Origin: Trichoplax adhaerens | Taxonomy: Eukaryota > Animalia > Placozoa | Reading direction: 5' to 3' | Assembly (NCBI RefSeq): GCF_000150275.1 | Contig: NW_002060946.1 | Span: 1,817,454 to 1,881,453 of the forward strand | Length of the DNA stretch: 64,000 nt | Shown here: positions 1 to 13,763 of the stretch, in pieces | Layout: every line of letters begins with the position of its first letter | How positions within the stretch are numbered: the stretch's first letter is position 1 | Position numbers and translations under genes: made by a program | The notes under the pieces: generated by a model | What the model saw: only the letters and a program-made list of their open reading frames with translations | What the model was told of the DNA's origin: nothing | Database searches by the model: none

Positions 1-8
1 CGCTTGAA

Positions 9-920
9 TACTGTGCATTGGCTAAAACGACTGCTCGATGTTACCCTTGTGCCATTATAGCACAAAATATTGAGCTAGATTGAACACTAGCATATTCCAT
101 TGATGCATGAAATGCTCAATCAACACCTTGGCAGCAGCTACAAGTAGCAAGCAAGTCTGCAGCCTATGCTGACACATTAATACTGTGCATTGGCTAAAAC
201 GACTGCTCTATGTTACCCTTGTGCTATCATGGCATAAAATACTGGACTAGATTGAACACTAGCCTATTCCATTGATGCATGAAAGCTCAATCAACACATT
301 GACAGCAACTACAAGTAGCTGATCACATAGATTAGCAAGTCTGCAGGCTATGCCCACGCTGTGCATTAGATCCAGCCATTTTTGAATTGATTCTGAAGTG
401 GATGGGTGTACTATGCATTGGCTAAAACGACTGCTCCATGTTATGCTTGTGCCATCACGGCACAAAATATTAGACTAGATTGGACACTAGCCTATTCCAC
501 TGATGCATGAAATGCTCAATCAACACCTTGGCAGCAGCTACAAGTAGCAAGCAAGTCTGAAGCCTATGCTGACACTTTAATACTGTGCATTGGCTAAAAC
601 GACTGCTCTATGTTACCCTTGTGCTATCATGGCATAAAATACTGGACTAGATTGAACACTAGCCTATTCCATTGATGCATAAAATGCTCAATCAACACCT
701 TGGTAGCAGCTATAAGTAGCTGACAACATAGCGTAGTAGTCTACCGCCAATTTTGATTGCAGTCGATAGTCCATGCCGATACTTTTAATATTGTGCAATG
801 TGCATTGGCTAAAATGACTGCTCCATGTTGCCACTATAGCCATTATAGCATAAAATATTGGCTAGATAGAACAGTAGCCTATTCCATATACGAGTGTATA
901 CATGTAATGCTCAACACTTT
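9..920. repeat. Tandem satellite-like repeat, ~172/228-bp monomers forming a ~400-bp dimer (4 copies plus 1 degenerate; may extend left of the window)
   Basis: Anchor TACTGTGCATTGGCTAAAACGACTGCTC recurs at 9, 181, 409 (variant), 581 and ~799 (degenerate). The copies at 181 and 581 are identical over ~100 bp. Confidence 0.9.
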
Positions 921-1050
921 GCTCAAGGTGATAGTGAGTTCTTAAACCTATCTATAACAGTTTTGTACTCATTTTTTTCCAGTTATATCATGGTTATATA
1001 GGATATCAGCAGCACTAGTAATAATTATCATAAAATTGAACGAGTTTGGA

Positions 1051-1337
1051 CGAAATAGAATCATACTAATTAATCATTGAATTTTCAATCTAGAAATATG
1101 CAAATATTTCCTGTCTATGTATTCACTACATCATCACTATTACCTAGTGGGTATCGTGAATGAAATCGAATAGGCTCGAAATAGAAATATCATATTGAAC
1201 TTTCATTCTATAAACGCACATATTTCCCATTAATATATTCACTACATCCGCACTATTACCTAGTAGATATCATGAATGAAATCAAATAAATAGCTCGAAA
1301 TAGAATTATCATATTATTGACTTTCCATTCCATAAAC
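1051..1337. repeat. Degenerate ~120-bp tandem repeat, ~2.5 copies
   Basis: CGAAATAGAA..ATCATA..TTGA at ~1051, ~1177, ~1296; TATTCACTACATC..CACTATTACCTAGT..TATC.TGAATGAAATC occurs twice. Confidence 0.75.
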
Positions 1338-2059
1338 TACACTTTTATTTCTTTCAGTAATTCATATTCTACTGTACATCAATCTTGTACTATACTAACA
1401 CAACCAAATTGGCTACTTGAAAGGGCACCATGATAAAGTAATATATTGCCAGAATACACTTATCATGGCATTTTAAGTCTATATTTTCATTGTAGAATGG
1501 TTCATGTAAAAACAATCACCCTTTTTCAGCATCTAAGCGATTACATAGTAGAAAATGATGATAAACGCCATCTACGTAAACATTAAGGTATACGTATTTA
1601 ATATATCTATTTATGATAATTTCCTCTTCACATACATCTGATTTCTATAGATCATCCATCAGATTATTTAAGAGGAAATTTTATACCAATTCAGAATCTA
1701 TTTTAACGCAATTTTTACAGGTTGCGACAAATTATCTCAATTTTTATTTCATATAACATCACACGGTATCATTTAGAGTAGTATAAGTAAGGTAATTTAT
1801 ATCAATATAAAATGCATATTAATATGATACCTGGAGACCAAAACCGACTATTATACTCTCGGTTTGACATAACCAAATATAATTTAAAGGTTTTTAATTC
1901 AATAGAGAATACTCTTCCATATACAGTGTATATATAATTCATATATCATATACATGATTATATTTAGAGAATACCATTGGTTATGTCAATGTTTGATTAT
2001 GCAATCATAATGAATATAAAAGCTATCGTAACGCATAAAAGCGACCAATGGCGATATAA

Positions 2060-2580
2060 ATGAAATATACAAAATCACCAAAATGGAGCTAAAATTCCCT
2101 TAGCAACCATTCAATTTTTAACCTAATCAATTAGTCAACAATAAACATGTCTCAATATTACTATACAATCAAAATCTTCATTTAATCAAGTAATAATTCA
2201 TAACCAAACAGTGGTTTCACGTCACGAAATGCTGTCCATAAAATGTAATATTTTCACCAACCGAAAATAGGACAATATTAAAATCCTCGCTTTTCATAGT
2301 AAAGCGGTTATTTTAGATTCAGAATATACAAAATAATCACAACAGGGCTAAAATTACGCCTGAGTAACCTTTCAACTTTTTACCAGCGAGTAAGCTCAAA
2401 ATGAACCGATATCAATATTACTATAATATACTCAATCTACTCATTGGATCAAGTAATGATAACCCGAGTAATTATTTCAGATTAGGAAAAGCTATCAATA
2501 AAATAGAATATCTGCGCATATGGAGAACAGACCAGTGTTGAATATGCTTTCTTCTACAGTCAATCGATTATTTTACATCA
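2060..2580. repeat. Old ~260-bp tandem duplication
   Basis: AATATACAAAAT..CAC..GCTAAAATT..CAATATTACTATA..ATCAAGTAAT appears at ~2064-2195 and ~2323-2458. Confidence 0.55.
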
Positions 2581-2755
2581 AACAGGGCGAAATAGTATTG
2601 CCTATTTTAGAATTCATTAATAATTGCTGAATTAAGCATTAACCCTTTCAAAGTACTGTAAAAATAAGATAAAAATATGATTATAATAATCCATTTTACT
2701 GGCCACTATCCTATCTTTGATCACAAGCGTGGGCAGCAGTGAAAGTTCCAATGTG

Positions 2756-5700
2756 CTAATAACCAGTAGCTAGACGCAATTCTGGTGCAGTTAATGGCTT
2801 AATATGACGTTTAGATGTCACTGGTCCACTAATGGAATAGTAAAGCCTATAAAAAATAACGGTGAATAAATGAGAAAAAGGTTGTTTAGCACATTATTAC
2901 ATGAAGAGCCAGAATCACTATTCTTCAAACAACTTACTTAAAATTCTTCTCGGGGTTTTGCGCATTTTTCTCTTTTTCGCATGGTATAAAATTATTTTCC
3001 AGCAGCCAACTACGATGACCTATAGGGCCACCAGTAAATGCTCTAGTAACTTCTTTGACTTCTTGTTGCCCTTTACGATTGCCAATCTTATTGGATTCAG
3101 CATCGATATTAGGATAATTCACCACACTTAAAGCAGGCACCTTGTGAAAGTTGCCTTTACCCAACCTCAAGCTCAGTTTAGCAGGTTCATCTTTTAATAG
3201 GCCTTTCAATTTATCCAGTTGACAACTTGCTTTCGGACCTCGATCATGCTGCTCCGCGGCTGTATTACAACGATGAAATCGTTGCCGAGTATCTTTAACC
3301 ACTAATTTTTCTTCCCATACCTTTTGATCATCTTTCAAAAATCGTTGACTTTCCGCTCGAAGACTATCACCAGCGAGATGGATCGTAACTGGTTGTCGAT
3401 TGAAATAAGGATCAGGTCTCCGATATAGATCAAAGTCATCACTTTTATTTGGCCAGGAGTAAAAAGTCCTAATCGTAGTCATAGTAGAGCATGTATAATT
3501 ATAAGTAATCGAACCTTTCCCGTTCTATCATGAATAGTCATCATCTCCTACTGCTATAAAATACAATCTGAAAGGACTCGCTTACCTATCAAGAGTAGGC
3601 TTTAAAATATTGGCGTGCAATTCATTTTCAATCCATGGCTGGAATACCATAAAAATAACGTGCAAGAAAATATTGTTAGCTACTGGTACTTAGCCTTTAT
3701 CTATAGTCATTCTAGATACAAACTATCTTAAAACATCAATACAAATAAAATTATTTACCTTTTTTAACTCTTCTAAACGATTCGGTGTTGGCTTTTTCTT
3801 ACAAGAATTGCTATCACGACTTGTTTTGACACCTGGGTATACAAAATCATGCGAGCTTCGCCATTTCTGCCGAGATAGTTGGCGTTCTTCTTTACTTAAT
3901 TCACCGCAATTAACAGGAGCAAATGTGGCCGAATGAAATTCCGTGGAGTAAGTAAACAAGTTTCTATTCATCTCCTGTTCAACAAGAAAACATGCGATGG
4001 ATCTGAGCAAGTCTCTTACAACATTTTTCTCTTTCTAAAGGTGCAAATGAAGTCAAGAAATTGGTCTACACCAATCGATTCTAATCAATTTTACCTTATT
4101 AAGGCTTCTACGAATTTTTTGTAACACTTGATCATTTGAATTACGAGACTGAATACTATAATGATAAACTTCTTGGTCTTGATCAGAGCTAAAAACTGGC
4201 ACTGTCGAGGGCCTAGTGCGTCGATTTTCTTCACTCTTATCCTTCACTTTAACCTGTACACAGATAGTATATTCAAATTAATTTATAGATTGGGAAAAAT
4301 AAATACAAAGTAACTGATCAACTCTACAAAATTGCCATCTTAGTGACGAATAATTACCATATTTAATTTAATGAAATTGAGTCTATCATTTTCTTGACGC
4401 TCTCTTAAGTGTTCGGCAAATAATTCGTTACGAGTAAGTAATGGCGATCTTGATCTTGTAGGATAGTCAATCTCGCCTATTTTATCGCGTTTCAATTCCT
4501 CCAGACCGTCTTGTGATTCCGTAACTTCGTTATTTACGACAACTGAAATAGAAAAGTTTATCATTTGTTTAATCGTATAGCTAATTGCAGGAAAATAATA
4601 ATTGATAGGGGTGAAAAATACTCATTCTTCCTCCTATGGGCAGGGAATAGCTTAGAGTACTTACTTTCGAGATCTTTATCCGTTAAAGGCATGCCAAATT
4701 CTCGACTCATTGACAAGACCATCTTAACACAGGGGAAATAATCATTTCGAATAGCTTCGCGCAAAGTTTTACATTCCGTTAGCTAAATAAATAACATAAG
4801 AAATCAGACATCGATAGACGCTAATATTGAAACATTTAAGATAGATCAATGATCATATTTCCTAATAAATAATTGAGTAGCTCCATCTTTTCCTACTTAC
4901 CAAACGGAGTTTATTGAGCGCTGCAAAGCATTGACGAGGTATCATGTCTCGAATATAGAGTAAAGATTGTTGCATAATGGAAGATAAAGAGCGATGCAAG
5001 CGAATCCGGCATAAATCAACGTCTAATTTGGCATATAAACGTTTATCGAAAATAACGCTGGAATCGTAGAGGACTTTGAAATTAGGATCTAATATCATGA
5101 ACAGAAACATGGAATAGAAAATAAAATTGTTAAAGTTGTCGCAATAATTTTTACTGTAATAAATAAGAAATACGAAAATAAAGGTCGCAATTCTTAGATA
5201 TAGTAAAGTGATCTATTTGCAGATATTCATTCTTACTGAAAGTATCTCCTAATATTAATAACTCATGGACAGTTATCGACTAATTCGGAATTACTTACCA
5301 TCATGTTGTAAATGAGGTAGCGATTGCCATAAGGTTTTAATACCTCCTTCAGCAAGACCTTCCAAAATAAACACCTGATATTCGCCATCAAGAATTTGGA
5401 ATCCCGTGATGATATCTAAAGTATGGCTACATCTTTGTTCCCTACAGCAGTTCATCACCATTAGAATTAGATTAAAAATATCATAAAATCAAATATTAGC
5501 TATACAGCCTATTATAAGTCTAAGGCATGACTTACTCATTTAATTTATAAGTCGATAAAGCTGCTTCCTTAATTTTTTGTGGTAATTGAGTTAATTCTAA
5601 TGCATTGGCGTTAACAGCAGAAATACTTTCAAATAGCTGATGCAAGAACTTTTTATTCTCATAGGAAAAAATATAGACAACCCTTGTAAATGGACACTAG

Positions 5701-8700
5701 TCCAAAATGAAAAAATGGAATTAATTGAATTTTTAAATAAAAAAATCACCAGAATAAAGTTAAAATTAAATTATTTCAAAAGAAATAATTCTAGATCAGT
5801 ACAATATACTATACGAACGTAATACTAATAATCTTTGCGGTAGAAATAGATAAGAATCGTATTCCTATTTGCACAAGAAAAGATGCAGTTAGCTTGATTA
5901 ATGAGTACATACATCTTGCAGCGATTTCAGCAAGGGCTCTATCACTGTAGCATCTTTTAACAGTGTTGCCTCTAATGGATAGGCAATGTTGATAGTAATA
6001 GATAGCTCACTGTTAAATTCGAGGTAATGGCCAGCAGGAATGGGTTTATACTCTATGGATGAAAATAAATTAGGCAGTAATGAGCAAATTAATGAAGGAA
6101 AATAGAATAAAATTCTCGATCAACTTATTCGTGGAATTACTACTAAGAGTAGCAATAAAAGATAATCATACTTACTTGCACTGCCACGAATGGATCGACG
6201 AATATTCTGCTCATTTTCAGCTGCAGTTGGATCAATACTTGCACAACATTGAATTGGTGCAGCTAATTTAATGGCTCGTTCGCCAAGTAAAAGATCAGAT
6301 AGATTATATCTTGCTTCGCCATATGGACTCCATGGTTTAAGTTTACATTTAAATGGATTATACGTTGTTTTTCGACCTAGAAATTGATTTTTTCATACAT
6401 TAATTCAAACTTTTATCCATCCTCATTATCTCGATACGACTGCTATTATCATTTAAACTGGCTTACTTGCTAAAGTATTGACACGATGAATATTTTCATC
6501 GTCAGGAGCCTGACCAAATACTACTAAATCATCTTCATTAGTCTCAATTGGCTTAGCATCACGATCATGAATTTCTATAACTAATGGTGGTCCAGTAAGG
6601 TATTGCAGTAAACCACCTTTATCTAAAGTTCCCATAAGGATAACTTGCGTTTCATTCCAAGTAACATCGCGATCATAAGGCCGCCCAGAACTTGTAAAAT
6701 TAGGCTGATTATAAAATCCATAACTTGTATAGGATGGAATACACCTAATTTAAAGATAAAAGTAAAACGAATGGCGCTTTTAACTACTGTAGTGATAAAT
6801 TTTCATAAAATATCATAATTAAGATTTATTCAAGTGAAAATATACATATATAGCTTTAAGATAATTAGCATTCTTCTATGATAACAACACAAAAGCTATC
6901 AATTGTCTAGTGGACTAGCAGTATCTTTTATAAACTAAGATATTATAGTGTAAGATTTAGGCATATTCGTATTCTAAGATGATCAACAATTTTATTTGTC
7001 TACAGTCATTATTCTAGTTTACTAGATCATCGAATATGTTTAGTTTACCAATAATCGTAATAAACTCTTTTAAACTGTGACAGATTAAAATTATATTTAT
7101 ATACGGCATAACATATTTATCATACGTAAGAAAACTATTCTAGTTAGCTAAATAAATTAAAGTACGCGAATACCTACTTTACCAAGAATTATAATAAACA
7201 CTCAAATTGCAGCAGACAAAAATCGCATGTACACACTGCATACCAAATCTAACTTCTAATTAAATATTTCAAGTTTACCAATAATAAACTATCCCAAATT
7301 GTGATAAACTGAATCATATCTATAGGTACCATATTTATCACGTACAGTATAATCAAAAACATCTTGTTTACTAGTATTAAACCCTCAAAGACTATTGTAA
7401 ATCATCATCATATTATATATGGTATATCTACCACACTCGTATGTAAAGTGCAGCCAAATATATCTAATTTACCACCATACAGTATATAGTCAAATACATC
7501 TAGTTTACCAATAATAACACCTACTGACTATCGTAAATCATAATTATATTTATACGCATATATGGTATATCCACTATATATAGTCAAATATAACTAGTTT
7601 ACCAATAATAGCTCTCGCAAACTATCGTTAATTAAAATCTTATTTCATACGTATGCAGTGCATCCACCATTTATACATGACTGCCGCCGTAGACTTCAGA
7701 AGTCCATACTACCGTAGACTAAATTGTGAGCCTTCTACTATCTAGCTTACACTGTAGCTGGGTTAATCGATAAAGATCTAGAAATTTTACCTCTCACGAA
7801 TATCATTGCATGACAATGGACGATCAGGCATCGAGGACGCAGTATTTATTTGAATAGTCATTGGATTAAGGCGACGTTTTTGCTTATCAGACATTAGTTC
7901 TCCGTCGACAATGGATACTGTAACAAACATGTCTAAAACGCCATCAGTTGGATTATCTATACGCTTGGTAACAGATATTTTACCACCGAAAAATGCTGAC
8001 ATATCAATTGAAATAGAAGCATTGCCACTTTTATCGATTATAGCCGCTGCTGCAGCTTCCATTTCTAACTGTTTCTTGGTCTTATGCTGCTTCTTATTTC
8101 CAAAACGACGTGTTGGACTGGATTGCTTATCTTTTTTACTACCAGCTGATTTTTTACTATGAGCTGATATAAGCGAAATACGTTCGGTTTTCCTACTATC
8201 CGACGTCTCAGGTTTAATACCATGGATCTCATCCATCGAATCCATTGCACTACCTGTCTGTCGCTGTAATATTCTCATTGCTTCTTCTTTTAAATGATTC
8301 AATATCTGCCGCTTAGAAGGTATTGCTTCAGGTAGCGGTTGGACACCAGCAAATCGTCCTAACCGACTAATCATTTTAGCATCTGCAGCCATGCTGGCTT
8401 GTTCATCATTTAATACATCAGCTGCTGTACCAAAATCTGCTTTAGTGGATGACAGAGTTGCTAAATAGGCCATCGTTTGCTTTAATACAACTGCTTGTAC
8501 ACCAGCAATCTGTTCAGCTCCAGCTGCATCTAGACCATGCAAATTATGTCGACTTGGTAAACGGAAAGCTTTCGGTCTATCAAATCGAGCCTTAGCGGAA
8601 ACTTTATCTTTTGAGTCCCACATTCTTAAAACCATTTGATGCTCGAATAATTTTAGTAAAAATTCGGTATCCACATTGACTGTTTGGCTGTTTAATGGTA

Positions 8701-10676
8701 AATGAATAAGATATAATTTTAAGGTTAATCATAGTTACTCAAGAATAAAATCGATACAATACATATCAAAGACTGAATGATTCCTTTTACTATCATAATT
8801 TTCATACACAAGCTATGAGATAACACATATTTAAAAAAATAGCGGATAATGTCGACCAAATCGAAGAGTAGCTACCTTTGGGTCCAAGCAATCCATGTCT
8901 GATCGAGCTCTTGCCATGTTTTTTGGACTTTAGATTCATTTTCAGTATAGATTTTAACTGCAGGCCCATATGCTACCACGTCAACTTTACCTTGATCATC
9001 CAGATTAGGAAATAAATTGTAACAATAGTGATAATATGATTCAGCTTTCGGTGATTCATAAACCTTTTTCCTATTGCTGAAAGGATCTAAATCCGTCTTG
9101 GCTGTAGTGATTGTGCCATTATTATTGAAAAGAAAAGAAAAATGATAATTTCATAAAGATTAGACCTAAGGGTAGGATATCTTCGCAAATTTGAATTTAA
9201 AGGGATTCTCTAGAAATATCTTAGTAATACACAATACATAAAAGTGTAGTTTGTAGCATTAACGATAGATGGGTAAATTATTCTCCATCTGTATTCTCCA
9301 AACTGACTCACTATTCTAGTTAAAATAAAAGCTTATCCATTTTGTGGATAATACAGTGTAAGACCAAAAACAGTGTGTACGTCAATTGGGACTATCTTAA
9401 TAGACTTTGAGCTTCTCAAAAACAAAGTCCATAAAGAAATTAAATGATGATGCTATGTTTGCCGTAGTTGTTACGTTAAACTGTTATAATATATTACACG
9501 ATCTTGAAAATTTTCATTTTACTCTGTTTATATAAATTATTCAATTTCAGAACTATTTGTATATATCAGGGTAATTGAAAGAAAATCGTCTAGTTTATAA
9601 TTATAAGATGTCAAAGATATGCCATATGCTTGAATTGAAAATAGAATAATATAACAATTTAAAAATTCTTTTAGTTAAGGATATTCAATAATACTTAGCA
9701 TTAATAAATAATCTATCTTCGTTATAAGAATGATGATTGTGAACACTAGCCTTGACAACAATCAACTACAAATAAATTGCAGTACTCAACTTAGTTCAGA
9801 CTGATTTTTTTAACCTAATTTTTAATCATGATAGCCTAATATCTGGTAATACTGTAAAGCAATTAGTTTAGCATAGCTAGCTAGTCAATATTGTAAATAA
9901 CTTTTTAAAAGTATGCGAATATTGCGATAAGAGTTAACATTTGTTTAAATATTGTTGCGTAATTTTGATATATGTATATAATCCACTCTTTTTAACGGCA
10001 TTGTGATTGTTATAGGAACTAATTTAGTGTTTACTTCAATCTGGGAATATCAATAAAAGAATTGATCATCTTTTCTCACTTAGCTTAATACGCTAGTGCA
10101 TTAAGCGCATACAAGCATATTAATCTACATATTTGGTGATAATTTCGAAATGATATTACTAACGCAATAAAAAATTTTAATTAATCAACCGAGCAATACT
10201 CTTCCTTCATTAACGTCATATTTTGTGCGATTCTAATTATATTGATAAATTCTCTTTCTGTATCTAAAATCAGCAACTTATTTTTTCCCTTTCGTTATAG
10301 TTTGGCGATTTTAAATTTAGAGACTATCCATATTCATATTCTTAATCGATCATTGAGTTCAATTTAACTAAGGTGTATTGGTATTAGATTAATCATAGCT
10401 ATGATAACCTAAAGGTTAGCCTTAGCTACTGTAAGATGATCAAAGATGTATCAACTATATTAGTGAGTTACATCATCTTTGGAGAAATATGACTTACTTC
10501 TAGGTATCGCCTGTGACACTGTAACAGTGAAGGTAACTTTATGTGTTTCTTCAAGTTCTTCCGTTGCAATTAACGGCACCGAAGTATCACTAGGCATGTC
10601 ATTTTCTAGGGTAGCGGCAGCTACTGCCGTACCACTGCTTTGGGATTCTGACGGCTCCGTAATCTTGTTGAATAAT
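2756..10676 (-). CDS. CFAP92: Cilia- and flagella-associated protein 92-like (DUF4550 / KIAA1257 family), multi-exon
   Basis: Spliced translation gives HKVTFTVTVSQAIP, YYHYCYNLFP..KVDVVAYG..KIYTENESKV.KTW.E.DQTWIAWTQ, VDTEFLLKLFEHQMVLRMWDSKDK, RLNPMTIQINTASSMP, YLTGPPLVIEIHDRD, GHYLEFNSEL, CPFTRVVYIF and VYHYSIQSRNS, which are characteristic of CFAP92/DUF4550. The last exon (2756-2847) ends ...LATGY*. The start is uncertain: first in-frame ATG at 10597, exon open to 10676. Confidence 0.8.
7010..7680. repeat. Degenerate ~110-bp tandem array inside a CFAP92 intron
   Basis: AGTTTACCAATAAT..AC..ATTATATTTAT..CATATTTATC recurs at ~7042, ~7272, ~7502, ~7597, with weaker copies between. Confidence 0.65.
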
Positions 10677-11456
10677 CTATTACAAAATAATATTTTACCC
10701 CACTTTAAGAAACAATTTCATAGCAGCACCATCATTTAAAATCAGAACAGCCATTTTTAGTTTACCTTACTGACAATGTTATAAGTAATATTATATGGTA
10801 CTAAAATTTCATCTCTAAATATTATAGCAAATCTTATGCCGTATCTGACTAAAAATAACAATAATGAAATAGATAGAATGATACTAGATTGAATTATAAC
10901 TTACCTTACGTGCCTTAAGAAAATAAAAAATCCTAGCGGATAGTAAAATTTATGATTCAAAGGAAACGATCGTTTAACACTTCAGTCCTTTCCAATTTTG
11001 GAGTGTAATACACCACAAGCGATAATACTATTGATCAATGTAGGAGAAAATTATAGGGATGGTTGTATTTAGATGTCGGAATAGATTGCAACCTTGTAAC
11101 CTATAAGTGCGCCCTTGTAGTAAGTAGTATATGAATAAAATGACGCGACTATTTGCTGCTTTATTCTCTATTCTATAGCTTTCCAATCCTTACACTACAG
11201 CTACCAATACGTATTCTAGGAGACTTGCATGCCCTCCAACACCACCTACAATTCTATTTCTATTTTTTATATCACCGTGGATACTCAATGATCACGCTGA
11301 TGAAAGAATTATGCTCTAGCCTTAACAATTTATCTTTGTAGAGTTGCAATATCATACTATGGATATATATTCCCTTCTTGCCATAATGTCTTATACGAAT
11401 CACACCACTGTTTAATACCTTAGTCTTTTGGTTATTCTTGCCTAGTGGATGTTGAT

Positions 11457-11470
11457 GTTGCCATGGCAGC
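11457..11470. promoter_or_regulatory. RFX X-box motif upstream of ciliary gene CFAP92
   Basis: GTTGCCATGGCAGC is 1 mismatch from the palindromic X-box GTTGCCATGGCAAC. It lies ~40 bp 5' of a minus-strand donor (AAG|GTATT at ~11418) that could end a non-coding first exon. Confidence 0.6.
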
Positions 11471-11522
11471 GACTATCCAAACAATGGTCGTCTAGCAAGG
11501 TAGCAAGCGGAACACCGCACCG

Positions 11523-12320
11523 CATTCATTATTATTATTATATGCTCTATTGGACTAGACTACTTGCAATTAATGGAGTTATTTCGTTAAAATGAAGTAC
11601 AAGATCTTTCCCGATACTCTACTAATCTACTATACTTGCTATTAGTAGGGTTATTTCGTTGAAATGAATAACAGATCTTTCCCTATACTGTAGAGATTTA
11701 ACGTCTAGCAAGTTTGCAGGCGAAATACTACATTCATTACATGCTGTATTGGACCAGTCGACTCGCAATTAGTAGAGTTATTTCGTTAAAGTGCAAGATC
11801 TTTCATATACTGTAGTAATTTAACGCCCTGTCAATTTACAGGTGAAATACTACATTCATTAATTATATGCTGTATTGGACTGGTCTACTTACATTTAGTA
11901 GTTATTTTGTTCAAATAAAGTAGAAGACCTTTTCCTATACTTTATTAATTTAACGTCTAGCAAGTTTGTAGCTGAAACATTACATTTATTATATGATGTA
12001 TAGGATTAGTCTACCTGCAATTAGTGGTTATTTTGTTGAAATGAAATACAAGATCTGCGTTTATACTGTAGTATTTTAACGTCTTGCAAGTTTTTAGGCG
12101 AACCACTATATTCATGACATACTTAATAGGACTAGTCTACTTGCAATTAGTAATTACTTCGTTTGAAATAAGGTACAATATCTTTACCTGTACTGTAGTA
12201 ATTTAAAGTCTAGTAAGTTTGTAGGTGAAATACTGCATTCATTATATACTGTATAGGACCAGTCTACTTGCTATTAATAGAGTTATTTCTCTGAAATGAA
12301 TTACAAGATCTTTCCCTATG
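11523..12320. repeat. Tandem ~120-127-bp repeat, ~7 copies, between CFAP92 5' end and HUWE1 3' end
   Basis: Unit CATTCATTA..TGCTGTATTGGACTAGTCTACTTGCAATTAGT..GTTATTTCGTT.AAATGAA..ACAAGATCTTTCCCTATACTGTAGTAATTTAACGTCTAGCAAGTTTG.AGG.GAAA at ~11523, 11731, 11852, 11983, 12109, 12236, plus one truncated copy. Confidence 0.9.
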
Positions 12321-13763
12321 CTGCACTATCCTATAGCTTAGTAGATCGATCTTCAGTTACAGTTGTTTCAAATGAATGTACCGTAGATCGGGCTGTTGAT
12401 GTAGTATGCTGTCTGTATGCTAATGATTTTCAAATTGATTAGGCAAGAGGTAAACAATCTATCATCGCAATACTGTAGGCAACTGATTTGAGTGTAGATA
12501 ACATAATCAAATAAACTGTGTATTGAGCTTTTGAAACATCACTTTGCAATAGAACAGACGGATACCTTATTGATATTATTCAGTAAATACGTCACCTTTT
12601 CGTTACCGAACTCATAATAATCCAATTGATAGTATAAGGAATAAACCTTCTGTGCTGCTAATATTGGATTATTAATTTGATCGTACAAGCATGTAACTTG
12701 ACCATTAAAAGACTGAATTTTCAATGCTAAATATTACAAATGCGAAAATAAAATTAAAAAAAAAATTGTTTTTGGCTAGCGATGAAATTGATTATCTGCA
12801 ACTTGTCGAAAACAGATTGACCTTTAATGCTAAATAAACTGTAAAAAAGTAAACTATTTAAATGTAAAAATAAATTTATAAAAATTTAATCTACATCATA
12901 CTGTATACGATAGGCGTGTTTCCAGTAACATAATTATAAAATTAAATATTGGACTTATACCGAGATAAGAAATCAACTCACTGATAATGTAGCTGTTCAG
13001 TATACATCTCACTATAATTTGATCGTGGTTGCTATAGGCTGGTGAATATGTCACGATTTGAAGAAGTTTGTACAGTATCTAACCTACTATTAAAGCTTTA
13101 TATCATGGACTGTAAACCTTTCAGTGCATTTTCCTGAGTGAACCAGTGTTCGCACGAATTCAGATAGTTTAAATATGTATGTCATGCGGATCTGCATTAA
13201 CTACTATCCCAATTTATTAAATCGCTAACAATCATGCACTTGAAATATTCATTCATCAGTACCACAATAATATTTAATACATCAAGAAATAATCCAATCA
13301 GAATAAATTTTAATGAGAAATTGCGGCTACTTGCGCTCGATAGGATGACTCACCAATTGAACACATCAAAAAGCTCTTAAATATAGATTTGCAACTTGCA
13401 AAAATAACCTCACAATCATTGGGATACCTAAAGTCGTTGTAATTTTGTAAACGTAGTATAACCAAAACTAATATACAGTACACCAGCAGTTAATACTAAA
13501 TATTACAGAAACTTGAATGCAATTTAAACGCAGATAAACAAGACAAAGTGTTAAGAATTACGGAATATAATTCCAGCAATTAATCTCCGTCACCGGCTCA
13601 AAGCAAAGTAACGATAGTGATGTGTGTACATTGTTATCACTAGAGTGCGGAAGATTAAATTATAATACAATTTACGTAATATCATTTTAAATTGCTTTAG
13701 ATGAGCTAAGCGCAAATATTTTTGATACAGCAATTTAAGATCAATCGTGAGATACTTATGTAT

